Source: a virus | Virus record (IMG/VR): IMGVR_UViG_3300023184_000034 | Coordinates: 97,030 to 161,029 of that record | Direction: 5' to 3' (one strand) | Length of the DNA: 64,000 nt | Part shown: positions 8,878-18,258 of the stretch, one piece after another | Position numbering within the stretch: position 1 is the first letter of the stretch | Layout of the letters: each line of letters begins with the position of its first letter | Made by a program: the position numbers and the translations under genes | The notes under the pieces: generated by a model | The model's input: only the letters and a program-made list of their open reading frames with translations | Databases searched by the model: none | What the model was told of the DNA's origin: nothing

Positions 8878-10905
8878 TTAGCCTTTTACCGGTGTAAGTG
8901 ATCCGGATATACTCTGTAGAATTTGAGGGCCGATATTACCAGCACCTGTACTGGTATTTACAACCACTACCAAGATCATGTCATTGACATTGAAACTTTG
9001 ATTGGCCGAAAAAACTGTACCGTTTTTTGATGGTATACGTTCGTTGCTGGTCTTTATTCCAGGATGATTCCAAGTTCTGTAGTGTCTGCCTGTACTGAGT
9101 TTTGTGTTGTAGTACAACTGGGGGGCAATCAAAATAAAATCCTTACTGAGCATGCCTTGTTTGCGATAAGCATAGACCCAATCCATATTTACATTTACTG
9201 CGCCTTCGTCTCCATTTTTACTGAATTGACTAGCATCTACTTGTTTGTATCCTGGTATTGTAGGAGCCCCATCAGGCAGTTTTATAGATTTTTGTTGTTC
9301 AACAGCACAACCACCGTTACTAATAAATTTACTCTCTATCTTTTGTAACTTTATCAGCATTGGCCTTGTTAACTGCTGACGGAGTTGCGCTGGAATTATC
9401 CAATTGCCAACTCCATTTCTTACGTGAAACGGTGTGGGAATCCACATACCGTTGGGATCTAGATAGCCAAAGTCCGGTGCAGGTTTGACACCCGCCGGCC
9501 ATGTTTTAGGATCTTCAGGGTCAGAATTAGGACCAGCGGTTGATCCAGTTTGACCACCGGCGGCGCCAGCGGCGCCAGCGGCACCTACAGCACCCACGAT
9601 TGCTGGCAATTGACCAGACATGGCCTTGTCTTTAAGATCTTCTATACCGTCTATTGTTGCTTTTATATCTAATTTTAAATCGGCACTGGTGGTAGTTAGT
9701 CCGAAATAACGCACAAGTACGGGCAGTTGTTTTTTGATTGTATCAACATCTTCTTTTGATAAAACTCCAGACTGTATGGCTTGAGCAACGCCGCCGCCAT
9801 CTGCACCTGCACCTGCACCTGCCTCGGCGCCACCGTCGAATCCCGCCACGCCTCCGGTGGGTTTATCTTCTGGTTTTTCTTCTGTGTTATTCCACCAGTC
9901 CCATAATGCTTTACCACCTTCATATGCTCCCCATCCGGTCAATGCTGCACCGCCAATCTTGGGCAAGGCAGCACGAATTGGATTACGGGCTTTAAACGCA
10001 AGTGATCGTCTAGCCAGTGACTGGGCTGTTGTTCTGGCTGCTGTTCTAGCGCCTGCTGTGGCACCCGGACCCATTCTGAACATTCTACCAAGTCCCTTTA
10101 TTAACGGAGCAATAAATTCATTCAGTTGTTCTGGCTTGTTTTCAACTAAAATAGTAAAAATTCTAATTTGTTCAGCAGGTGAAAATTCATGTAGGTTCTC
10201 AGATATCATCCTACGTTTGAGATTATTTCTACTTTCTGTTGTTACATTATATTTTTTAAGAATATTTTTTAATTGAGTTAATGCCGTGGCTAATTCAGCT
10301 GGTGGACCAATATCTTTTTCTGGATCTCCTGTTTTTCCTCGAAGCTTGGCATCTGCAGCACCAATATCTTTTTCTGGATCTCCTGATTTACCCCAAGGTT
10401 TGACACCTGCAGCACCAATATCTTTTTCTGGATCTCCTGATTTACCCCAAGGTTTGACATCTGCAGCACCAATATCTTTTTCTGGATCTCCTGATTTACC
10501 CCAAGGTTTGTCGCCCATGTTTGATGGCTTGTTAGTACTGGTGGGAAGTTCTTCTGCCATAGGGTGTTGTGGTGGGATACCAAATCCCACTTCACCGTCT
10601 GTGGCACCTGCATCACTGGTTTTAGTTGCGGATAATTTTTGAAAATCTTTAGGACTTACAATTATTTTACCACCGCCTTCTAAACCAGCAATAATACTAC
10701 CAGCTGATGAGATGCTTATTTTTCTAAATCCTTGAGATAGAGCCTTTGTTTCAACATCTGGGGTAAGTTCAAACCATAGTTTACTTGGTTCAACTGGAGT
10801 TAAGCCGTTGCCACTTTTGACCATGGGCTTGCCGCCCTGCATGGTTATGTAGTAAGGAGCCTCTCCTTCAGCTATGAATTTAGAAACAATATCTTTTACA
10901 CGCAT
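8878..10905 (-). CDS. Putative internal head protein with 18-aa tandem repeat
   Basis: 675 aa; N-terminus MRVKDIVSKFIAE; KPWGKSGDPEKDIGAADV repeats; hydrophobic Gly-rich helix. Confidence 0.5.
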   Translation of the reverse strand: MRVKDIVSKFIAEGEAPYYITMQGGKPMVKSGNGLTPVEPSKLWFELTPDVETKALSQGFRKISISSAGSIIAGLEGGGKIIVSPKDFQKLSATKTSDAGATDGEVGFGIPPQHPMAEELPTSTNKPSNMGDKPWGKSGDPEKDIGAADVKPWGKSGDPEKDIGAAGVKPWGKSGDPEKDIGAADAKLRGKTGDPEKDIGPPAELATALTQLKNILKKYNVTTESRNNLKRRMISENLHEFSPAEQIRIFTILVENKPEQLNEFIAPLIKGLGRMFRMGPGATAGARTAARTTAQSLARRSLAFKARNPIRAALPKIGGAALTGWGAYEGGKALWDWWNNTEEKPEDKPTGGVAGFDGGAEAGAGAGADGGGVAQAIQSGVLSKEDVDTIKKQLPVLVRYFGLTTTSADLKLDIKATIDGIEDLKDKAMSGQLPAIVGAVGAAGAAGAAGGQTGSTAGPNSDPEDPKTWPAGVKPAPDFGYLDPNGMWIPTPFHVRNGVGNWIIPAQLRQQLTRPMLIKLQKIESKFISNGGCAVEQQKSIKLPDGAPTIPGYKQVDASQFSKNGDEGAVNVNMDWVYAYRKQGMLSKDFILIAPQLYYNTKLSTGRHYRTWNHPGIKTSNERIPSKNGTVFSANQSFNVNDMILVVVVNTSTGAGNIGPQILQSISGSLTPVKG
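10306..10510. repeat. 54-bp coding tandem repeat, about 4 copies
   Basis: ACCAATATCTTTTTCTGGATCTCCTG starts at 10306, 10360, 10414 and 10468. Confidence 0.95.
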
Positions 10906-10909
10906 AATA

Positions 10910-12523
10910 TTATCCTAATAAACGTTTTGTCAATGCACGAATTTGATCAACTTCACGATTCTCAACCAGTGCTGGCTGTTCAGTACGATTCAAACGACCA
11001 GTAAGTTCACGCATGCGAGCCAAATCATTTCCTTCGCTGATAGGATCTTTTTTGCCTGCTGGTGCTGGCATCATTGCACCTAATTTTTTAGCTTCTTCTG
11101 CATCTTTGGCACCCGATGGATTTGGCACAACAACTAAATTCTCATCAGTTACTTTTTCTTTCTTCTTTCTTTCTGCCATGTAAGCAGTAGTTTCTTTCAT
11201 GTTCCGCCAAATGGCTGCTGCTACCATCTTGTCATCTGTTTCCTTAACAGTTTGCTTTTTATGACCCTTGGCCGCACGACTCATAGTTTGTTTGGCAGCT
11301 TCTTTAACACCCACTGCCTTCATAGCTCCATACGTCATTGCGGCATTCTTTAAACCTGGCACCATTGCTGATCCCAGAGACTTTGTTTTTTCCCAAGCAC
11401 TCATTGGTGCTGGAGCACCCGCAGCGGTAGGAGTATCTTCTTTAACTTTCTTGCCGCCTTTTTCATCTTTGCCAATGCGCCCGGCGATAACATCACCGCG
11501 TGTTACTTTGTCATAAGGTTTGGCATTGTTGGCCAAGTTACCGTCGCCTTTCTTTTTGGCTTCGTACATGCCACATTCTTTTAAACCGTGTACTGGACAC
11601 TTTTTATCTTTTGGTGTGTGATTGCATTTGCCTTCACCCATTGCTGCACTTGCTCCAGCTTTCTTTAGATCAGCACCAGTGGCTCTCATGCCTGGCACTG
11701 TGGTTGTTGCGGTTGTGGGAATTCCAGATTTTTGTGGTGCACCACTTATTGCGGTTTCTTTAACACCACCGCGCAACTTCTTAAAATCATCTCCGTCTAA
11801 TTTGCCGTTATGATTCTTGTCCAGTTTCTTCTTACCACCTTTGAGTGCTTCGTCAACTTTCTTGCCGTCTTTCACACGAGTCACTGAATCTTTACCAAAA
11901 CGTTTTTCCCAGTTTTTGCCTTCTTTCTCTTCAGCTTTGTCAGCAGCTTTGTTGCCTTCCTTGTCTGCAGCTGATTGTGATTTGGCATTTGATTTGGGCT
12001 CAGTATGCTCTTCATCACTGAATCTGTTGGGATTCTCTTTGTGTTTAGTTACACCTTTGGTTGAACGGTCAATTTCGCCACCTGTGGATGATTTTTCTTC
12101 AGAAACTTTTTCAGCTTGAGCTTTCTTGAGTTCTTTCACTTTTGATTTTGCTTCTGATAATAATTCTTTGATTCTCATTTTTTGTCCTTCGCTCAGTGTA
12201 TCACTGTTGTCCAAGTGGTGACCGTATTCGCTGAATTTCATTTCATATTCTAAATAGTGATATACTGATGCAATATAGTCAGCAGCCTTGGTAATTTTGG
12301 CCTGTACCCATGATTCCAATTGGTCATTGTCTTCCAACTGTTGATACAGCTTGTGTGCGTAGTTGGCTATTTTGAACAAATCAGCTTTGGCCATGGCACC
12401 TTCGCGGTCAGTCTCGCCACCGTGTAAGCCTATGGTGCCGCCCACTGGTTCTGAATCCATTTCTGGCTGATCCATCTCAGGTTGGTCCATTTCTGAGTCA
12501 ATGTTATCTAATTCTGCTGGCAT
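10910..12523 (-). CDS. Putative internal head/scaffold-like protein
   Basis: 537 aa; conserved-looking 'LESWVQAKITKAADYIASVYHYLEYE' domain, K/E-rich, many VKE/LSE/ISE sites; TAAATA at 12547-12552. Confidence 0.5.
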   Translation of the reverse strand: MPAELDNIDSEMDQPEMDQPEMDSEPVGGTIGLHGGETDREGAMAKADLFKIANYAHKLYQQLEDNDQLESWVQAKITKAADYIASVYHYLEYEMKFSEYGHHLDNSDTLSEGQKMRIKELLSEAKSKVKELKKAQAEKVSEEKSSTGGEIDRSTKGVTKHKENPNRFSDEEHTEPKSNAKSQSAADKEGNKAADKAEEKEGKNWEKRFGKDSVTRVKDGKKVDEALKGGKKKLDKNHNGKLDGDDFKKLRGGVKETAISGAPQKSGIPTTATTTVPGMRATGADLKKAGASAAMGEGKCNHTPKDKKCPVHGLKECGMYEAKKKGDGNLANNAKPYDKVTRGDVIAGRIGKDEKGGKKVKEDTPTAAGAPAPMSAWEKTKSLGSAMVPGLKNAAMTYGAMKAVGVKEAAKQTMSRAAKGHKKQTVKETDDKMVAAAIWRNMKETTAYMAERKKKEKVTDENLVVVPNPSGAKDAEEAKKLGAMMPAPAGKKDPISEGNDLARMRELTGRLNRTEQPALVENREVDQIRALTKRLLG

Positions 12524-12549
12524 GAGTATACTCCGTTGTCTTTATGTAT

Positions 12550-13566
12550 TTAGCGTCGTTTGATAGGCGGCCCACCAAATAAGCTAGCGCCTTTGATGTC
12601 CAAGCCGTTCTTGGCTGTGCCGTCTTTGTTTTTGGGTTGATTAACTTTGGGTTGCGGTGGTGCCTTGCTGCCTGATTTGCCAGGACTACCAATATAACTC
12701 TTTTTACCACGTGCTTTGCCAGGGCTCAAATGCGGTGCATCTACCGTGCCAATGTTAGCAGCACTGGTTGCACCCACGGTGGCTGACTCACCCATTGGTT
12801 TGCCTTCCGCCACACCTTGCTCTTTACTTTTCTTCAGTATATCAGGATGTGCGAAACCTTTTTTGACTTGTTCTGCCGGACTCATCTTATCAACTAACTT
12901 ACCAAGTTTAGGATCAACATCATGCCAAGTCTTTGGATAGGGCTTTTTATCACCTCCCGCCACACCTTTGTTTCCTTTTGCCATTTTCAATGAGGTTTTT
13001 AGTGCTGCCGTTTTTCCTCTAGGAGTTTTAGCATCATTTGCGGTATCTGCTCTGCGTTGAAGTGGATCGTACCCAAACTTTGGGCTATTAGGATTGCGCG
13101 GTGTTTTGTTGCCTTCGTCATCTACATCATACGCATCTGGATCGCTACGCCATTTAGCAGCCTCCGCCACACCTTGCTCACCATGCTTTTTAGCACGACG
13201 AATTCTATTTGCTAAATGATGTAATCCAGACTCCATACTACGTGCTTTACGCTCTCCAGCAGATAAATTTTGCTCACGATCCGCATATTGCCAATCTGAT
13301 CCACCTAATGCTTCGTATTCTTTTTTCATTTTTGCATATTCAGCTTCGAGGTGCGGAAGATCTGCGTGGTCCTGTGCTTGGTCATCTTGAGATTTTTGAT
13401 GTGCTACTGCTCTATCTGTTTCACGTTTTTCAGAATCTTGTCTGCGTAACTCATCGTGCTCTGGATCACCGTGGATACGTAGATTTTTAAATTTAGGATT
13501 ATTTTTTTGTAAATCTTTAAGAAACGAAGACATATCGTTTTCTTGTACTAACTCATTTATTTTCAT
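12550..13566 (-). CDS. Putative internal head protein with QGVAE-delimited modules
   Basis: 338 aa; starts MKINELVQE; EQGVAE occurs twice. Confidence 0.5.
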   Translation of the reverse strand: MKINELVQENDMSSFLKDLQKNNPKFKNLRIHGDPEHDELRRQDSEKRETDRAVAHQKSQDDQAQDHADLPHLEAEYAKMKKEYEALGGSDWQYADREQNLSAGERKARSMESGLHHLANRIRRAKKHGEQGVAEAAKWRSDPDAYDVDDEGNKTPRNPNSPKFGYDPLQRRADTANDAKTPRGKTAALKTSLKMAKGNKGVAGGDKKPYPKTWHDVDPKLGKLVDKMSPAEQVKKGFAHPDILKKSKEQGVAEGKPMGESATVGATSAANIGTVDAPHLSPGKARGKKSYIGSPGKSGSKAPPQPKVNQPKNKDGTAKNGLDIKGASLFGGPPIKRR

Positions 13567-13793
13567 TTTTTAATTCCTCTAAATCCTGTGCCTACAGCAA
13601 CTTCACCACCCATGAACTTGGGCAAACTAAACCATAACTTAAACCATTCTTCGGTTCCGGGTTTGATATTCTGCTCACGCATTATAACTGCTTTTTCAGT
13701 ACCAGTTACACTGATGTTGCTTCCGTCATAAGGTTGCAGGCCTTTAAATTCCTTAATGCCTGCTAACTTTTTAAGACGTGCTAATTCATCCAT
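13563..13793 (-). CDS. Hypothetical phage protein
   Basis: 76 aa; MDELARLKKLAGIKE; IKPGTEEWFKLWF; translationally coupled to neighbours. Confidence 0.7.
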   Translation of the reverse strand: MDELARLKKLAGIKEFKGLQPYDGSNISVTGTEKAVIMREQNIKPGTEEWFKLWFSLPKFMGGEVAVGTGFRGIKK

Positions 13794-14230
13794 TATTTCA
13801 AACTGGACCTTAACATCCAGCTGTGCTTTTTATGTGCATCTTGGCGATCTGCTAAAAAGTTACTCAACCCATGATCTCCAGCTTGTTCAGCCATGTCAAA
13901 TGTGATGCGGAATATATTAGCCATACGCTCGCTATCTTCTAACAACTCACTCAGCATGCCACTCCAATCAGGCACAGCGTTTTCATCTTCAACTTTGGTA
14001 AGCATACTGAACTTGGCTAGGCTTGCTGGTGTGTAAATCTGTAATGCACGTAGGTGTTCCGCAAATGGATCCACAGCACCATATACTTCTTCATATATGG
14101 TTTGAAATAAGTTGTGCAGTTGAGCAAACAACGGACCCTCCACATTCCAATGGAAATTATGTGCTTTTAAATAAAAACTAAATTCGCTGGCAAACGCTGT
14201 TTTCAATGCCAAGTGATATTTCTCGTCCAT
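13793..14230 (-). CDS. dps: Dps/ferritin-like DNA starvation protein
   Basis: KAHNFHWNVEG..FAQLH..F..IYEE ferroxidase signature; HKKHSWML C-terminus. Confidence 0.92.
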   Translation of the reverse strand: MDEKYHLALKTAFASEFSFYLKAHNFHWNVEGPLFAQLHNLFQTIYEEVYGAVDPFAEHLRALQIYTPASLAKFSMLTKVEDENAVPDWSGMLSELLEDSERMANIFRITFDMAEQAGDHGLSNFLADRQDAHKKHSWMLRSSLK

Positions 14231-14232
14231 GA

Positions 14233-15303
14233 TTAAATTCCGTATTTGTTCTTTTTAATTTTTGCCACTGCACTGGTTTTATTAACATCAGCAGTTTCTA
14301 AACTTCGATTGTTACTCCATGTCTGTCGCTTACCGCCACCTACTTGTTTAGCGGCAGCATTGATCATATCGTTTTCTTCTTCAGTGTAGGGTGCTAGTAA
14401 TGGATCTCCACCGATCCAATTGTCTGCTTCAATTTTTGTGGGATAATCAGGAGCACCTGCCAATGCAATACCCATCCTGTACCCCATATATGCACTACCA
14501 GTACTTTGATTCATTGAAGGAAATGTTGTTGCATTTTTAATTGCGGCCTTATGATGTCCGTGCATCTTTTGTGTGCCACCGTGACCTTCTCTTAATGATC
14601 TTGCCAACGCATTGGCTTCCTTCAAAGATACATCTGGTTCGGCTTTTTCTTTTTTTGCTCGCACCTTGGGCTTGCTGAAATCTTGCATGCGTGTTTGTGC
14701 TTTTTGCATCAAATCTCTTACTTCGTCATCATCCAGTTCGGGGTTCATTGCATCACGCCAAACAGCAAACTTTTCGTCATCACTCTTGCTTGGATCCATT
14801 AACACATCTCGCATGGGCGTGGCACGTGGCCCTTCTTGTTCACGACTTGGATCGTTGGTTTCTTGACGAGCAATCACATTTAAACTGTTAAAACTAAACG
14901 GAATTCTGCCAGCTTTGTCTGGAACTCCGTTATACTGCTTGACATAACTTAAACCTTTGACTTGATCTTCTCCCACTACCACAGTTACATCAGTATAACC
15001 GTGATGGTCGAGTTTTGTTAACACACGAGTTAAATCAGGCATATCATCTGTGGCAGTGTGAAAAATATGTCCGTGAGCTGGAAATACTTTTTTATAAATC
15101 TGCATTTTTTCTTCTGGCTTGATTGGATCGTCTTTGCCCACTGTGCGGCTAACAACAAAGTAAGGATCAGCACCTTGTTCGTCTGCTTGTGTGATAACAC
15201 TGCTGGCCAGATACATGTGACCTTTGTGACCCATGCCACGCCCCCAGCCCACCACAGCAGCTTTGCCTTCCCCAGTGCGATTAAGAAATTCACGTAACAA
15301 CAT
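14233..15303 (-). CDS. HxGH (cytidylyltransferase-like) nucleotidyltransferase plus a separate C-terminal domain
   Basis: VVGWGRGMGHKGH, VVVGED, RATPMR (SAT.vR-like); C-terminal domain follows SLKE/SLRE sites. Confidence 0.7.
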   Translation of the reverse strand: MLLREFLNRTGEGKAAVVGWGRGMGHKGHMYLASSVITQADEQGADPYFVVSRTVGKDDPIKPEEKMQIYKKVFPAHGHIFHTATDDMPDLTRVLTKLDHHGYTDVTVVVGEDQVKGLSYVKQYNGVPDKAGRIPFSFNSLNVIARQETNDPSREQEGPRATPMRDVLMDPSKSDDEKFAVWRDAMNPELDDDEVRDLMQKAQTRMQDFSKPKVRAKKEKAEPDVSLKEANALARSLREGHGGTQKMHGHHKAAIKNATTFPSMNQSTGSAYMGYRMGIALAGAPDYPTKIEADNWIGGDPLLAPYTEEENDMINAAAKQVGGGKRQTWSNNRSLETADVNKTSAVAKIKKNKYGI

Positions 15304-17201
15304 TAGTCTTTCCTCGGAGCCCAGTTGGCCTGGTCAATGGTTTTTACAAACTGTCCAGGCAAATCATTTTTAAATTTACCACCCGGATGTGCTTGTACAT
15401 ATCCTTCTGGTTTTGTTTGACGAATACCGCCGTGTGTGCCTGAACTCAATGTGTTGATAACTTTCATCTTTTCGTGTGTTAGTAATTCAACAGCACTCAA
15501 CACAGCATCTAATCCAGGATGACTCAACACTTTTTGTGCTTGTGTATTGCTTAGTTTTGCAGTGGCCCATTCTCTAAATTTCTGTTTAACACCAGCCACA
15601 CGTAAATTTTGATTAAAGAAACTGTACAACACATCGCCAGGTTTGCTTAGTCCAGGCTGACCCGCAATAAAGCTATCTATAGCAGCCTTGTTTTGTTTGA
15701 TGTATGACTCGGCGTGTTTTAATCCAGTGTTGTCAACTTTGGGTGCATTTTCAACATATGTTGTGCCTTGTACAATAACATCACCGTTGGATAATTTTTC
15801 AGCATTGGGATAACGTGTTTCATCTGCACCAATGTGTGTGTAGTAACCAGTTGCAGCCACCATAACTTTTGATCTAGAAATTTTCTTACCCAGTGCGCTG
15901 CCTACTGGAATATGGAAACTTGTTATGTTGGGAGTGAAATCATATTCATTGGTACTGGGATTTAACACAGCTGGCTTTAAAGGACTAAACAGTATCCCAC
16001 CTTCGATATATCCTGATTTGGGACTGATGCTTTCAAAGTAAGGCCATAGGTCTGCAAGTCCTTGAGCAAATGCTTTGCGTTGATCTTCTTGTCCGGGTTG
16101 TGCTGTGCCTGTGCCCAACACAAACATGGCCACATCGTCCGGGTCGTTCATCATGGTGGTAACACCACTCTTGGTATGAGTGGTGCCGCGCTTCATGTAG
16201 TCCCATGCGTTCTTTGGAAACATGTGAAATTTGCCATGCTCGTCTCGACCCCAGTATACCACAGGACTTCCGTCCCATTTTAATTCTATACCTTTGCCTT
16301 TGGCAGTCATGTCACGCAGTCGTTCAACTGCATGTAAACCACCCACACTGCCATCAGTGAAAACCAAATCTTCAATGTGTTGATACTTGCGGCCCACAGC
16401 TGCTTCCAACAATGATGTGGCTGGACCACGTAACGGAGCAGCTGACCAACTGGACCCAGATGTTGCAGCATCATGTACTTGTTGTTTTAATGCAGGATCT
16501 TTAATTGCTGACATGATACTTTCTGCACTGCCAAGATCATTACCAGTGTGTCCAGGCCCTAATAATAGTGTGGCTATTTCATCCCAACTATCGGACAACA
16601 AGTCTGCTTTCTTTCTAGCAGCATCTCTTGCGTACAGTCCTTCGTCTGGGCTCCACAGCATGTTCTTAGCACTGGCCAACGCACTCATCACCACTTGCTT
16701 GTGTACACCCTTGTATGGACTACCCTTGGGTATCTGATGTTGATGGAACTTGGATACTTTCTCAGCTTTACGAACAACTTTGATATCACACTGATAAAAT
16801 TGTCCGTTGTATGGAAATTTAATGTGTACAGTTACCCCAGCTTTATAAGTTGCTGGAACACCATTGTCTAATAAAAATTGTTCCAGAGCGTTTCTAGCGG
16901 CCTTGTCATCGTCAGCCAACTTCTTGCTCTGAGGAATTTTAAAATATTGTTTAACTTGATCCATGTCGCAGCTAACATCCAAGTCACCTGTTGGATGTTC
17001 TGGTGTAGGGTCTGTGTTGGCACCACTGCCTTGTACATACAACGGAAAACCTGCTTTGCGAAGATACTTCTTAACTTGCGATAACAGTGCTTGTACTATA
17101 TCCGGAGTAGGATAAAACTCCACAGTTTCAGGCCAGATGTTGCCACCACCTTCTTTGAGAATAGGCTTTCTAACATTAGAAAATAATTCACGTAGTAACA
17201 T
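15303..17201 (-). CDS. Fusion of a Pol-beta-type nucleotidyltransferase and an ATP-dependent (RNA) ligase-like domain (DUF6267-like)
   Basis: N-terminal GSG..TGDLDV...QCD; C-terminal KWDG (16269-16280), IEGGIL, KPEGYV, FVK. Start reassigned to ATG 17201 (TAATG overlap with upstream stop). Confidence 0.65.
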   Translation of the reverse strand: MLLRELFSNVRKPILKEGGGNIWPETVEFYPTPDIVQALLSQVKKYLRKAGFPLYVQGSGANTDPTPEHPTGDLDVSCDMDQVKQYFKIPQSKKLADDDKAARNALEQFLLDNGVPATYKAGVTVHIKFPYNGQFYQCDIKVVRKAEKVSKFHQHQIPKGSPYKGVHKQVVMSALASAKNMLWSPDEGLYARDAARKKADLLSDSWDEIATLLLGPGHTGNDLGSAESIMSAIKDPALKQQVHDAATSGSSWSAAPLRGPATSLLEAAVGRKYQHIEDLVFTDGSVGGLHAVERLRDMTAKGKGIELKWDGSPVVYWGRDEHGKFHMFPKNAWDYMKRGTTHTKSGVTTMMNDPDDVAMFVLGTGTAQPGQEDQRKAFAQGLADLWPYFESISPKSGYIEGGILFSPLKPAVLNPSTNEYDFTPNITSFHIPVGSALGKKISRSKVMVAATGYYTHIGADETRYPNAEKLSNGDVIVQGTTYVENAPKVDNTGLKHAESYIKQNKAAIDSFIAGQPGLSKPGDVLYSFFNQNLRVAGVKQKFREWATAKLSNTQAQKVLSHPGLDAVLSAVELLTHEKMKVINTLSSGTHGGIRQTKPEGYVQAHPGGKFKNDLPGQFVKTIDQANWAPRKD

Positions 17202-17575
17202 TATATACCCTTGTACTTGCCAGCTTGTATGTGTTCTTGTATATCGTCGTGCATTTTGGAACAAGCTTCTTTGCACATCTTTTCTTCTAATTCATCGGGC
17301 AATTCACGTATGGGGAATTTTTCTTTGTACTGTTTATAGCATTCTTTTATGGCTTCGGCAAACATGGTGGCTTGTACCGGCTTCTTGGCATTGACCAAAT
17401 CTAAACATTTAACTAAAACTGGAAAAACGTGACGACGGTATATATGGTCGTCGTTGTGCATGAAATGCAACAAGTCTTCTATTAGATCGTAGTCTAACTC
17501 ACGTTTATCGCCATGTTGTTTAACATATGCTAATTCTTTAAAATTAGCGTTTTCTAATAACTCTTTTATAAGCAT
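17201..17575 (-). CDS. Hypothetical phage protein (putative head cargo)
   Basis: Starts MLIKELLE at ATG 17575; late box TAAATA at 17609-17614. Confidence 0.7.
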   Translation of the reverse strand: MLIKELLENANFKELAYVKQHGDKRELDYDLIEDLLHFMHNDDHIYRRHVFPVLVKCLDLVNAKKPVQATMFAEAIKECYKQYKEKFPIRELPDELEEKMCKEACSKMHDDIQEHIQAGKYKGI

Positions 17576-17634
17576 TTTTATTCCCAACAGAATACTCTGG
17601 ATTTAGAGTATTTATCGCTTTTACGATCATTAGG

Positions 17635-18258
17635 CTATGCTTTGATAATGCGAGAAACCTTGGATATACTACCGCCAAGGTGCATTTTTGACATGAGTAA
17701 GTTGTTATCACCTGTTACATAGAAGTGTGTACCGCCCCAACTGCGATTCCTTGTCAAGGCTGCTATACAACTCTTTGTTAGTTTGAGTTTTTTATTACAT
17801 GATGCCCATGATATAAATGCACTGTGTTCCTGTGTAGTTTTACCCAGCGTCACTCGGAAATCGTAGTTCATCTTGGGCATAATCACAGTATCAGAACTCA
17901 GTGACACATTGGCCGGCGGCGCACAAACATACTTGACCCTGTTGCTGTCCAACTTTGCTAAATCATCTATATGACTTTTATTATTTGTGTACACAGTAAT
18001 CCATGGGTTTTCTATCCTGATATTTAAATCAACCGATATAGACAACACTTTATACAGAGACAACGCATAGTCCTTGTCTTCAAAACTTTTAAAACTTAGA
18101 GATCCAGGCCGAGAACTTGGAGAAATGCTACTTTTTTGCAACATGTTCAAACAGTGTTGCCAATCACCGTTGCGAAAGAAGTGTGCATTGGAACACACCA
18201 ACACTATCTTGTATTGGTATATCCCCATGAACAACTTGCTAGTGGTTTTAACTAACAT
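17635..18258 (-). CDS. Hypothetical protein
   Basis: 207-aa ORF overlapping the clpA stop. Confidence 0.7.
   Translation of the reverse strand: MLVKTTSKLFMGIYQYKIVLVCSNAHFFRNGDWQHCLNMLQKSSISPSSRPGSLSFKSFEDKDYALSLYKVLSISVDLNIRIENPWITVYTNNKSHIDDLAKLDSNRVKYVCAPPANVSLSSDTVIMPKMNYDFRVTLGKTTQEHSAFISWASCNKKLKLTKSCIAALTRNRSWGGTHFYVTGDNNLLMSKMHLGGSISKVSRIIKA

Noticed and set aside
10306-10510. Regularly spaced repeats resembling a CRISPR array
   Set aside because: The intervening sequences are also near-identical, the period is 54 bp in frame within a CDS, and there are no cas genes
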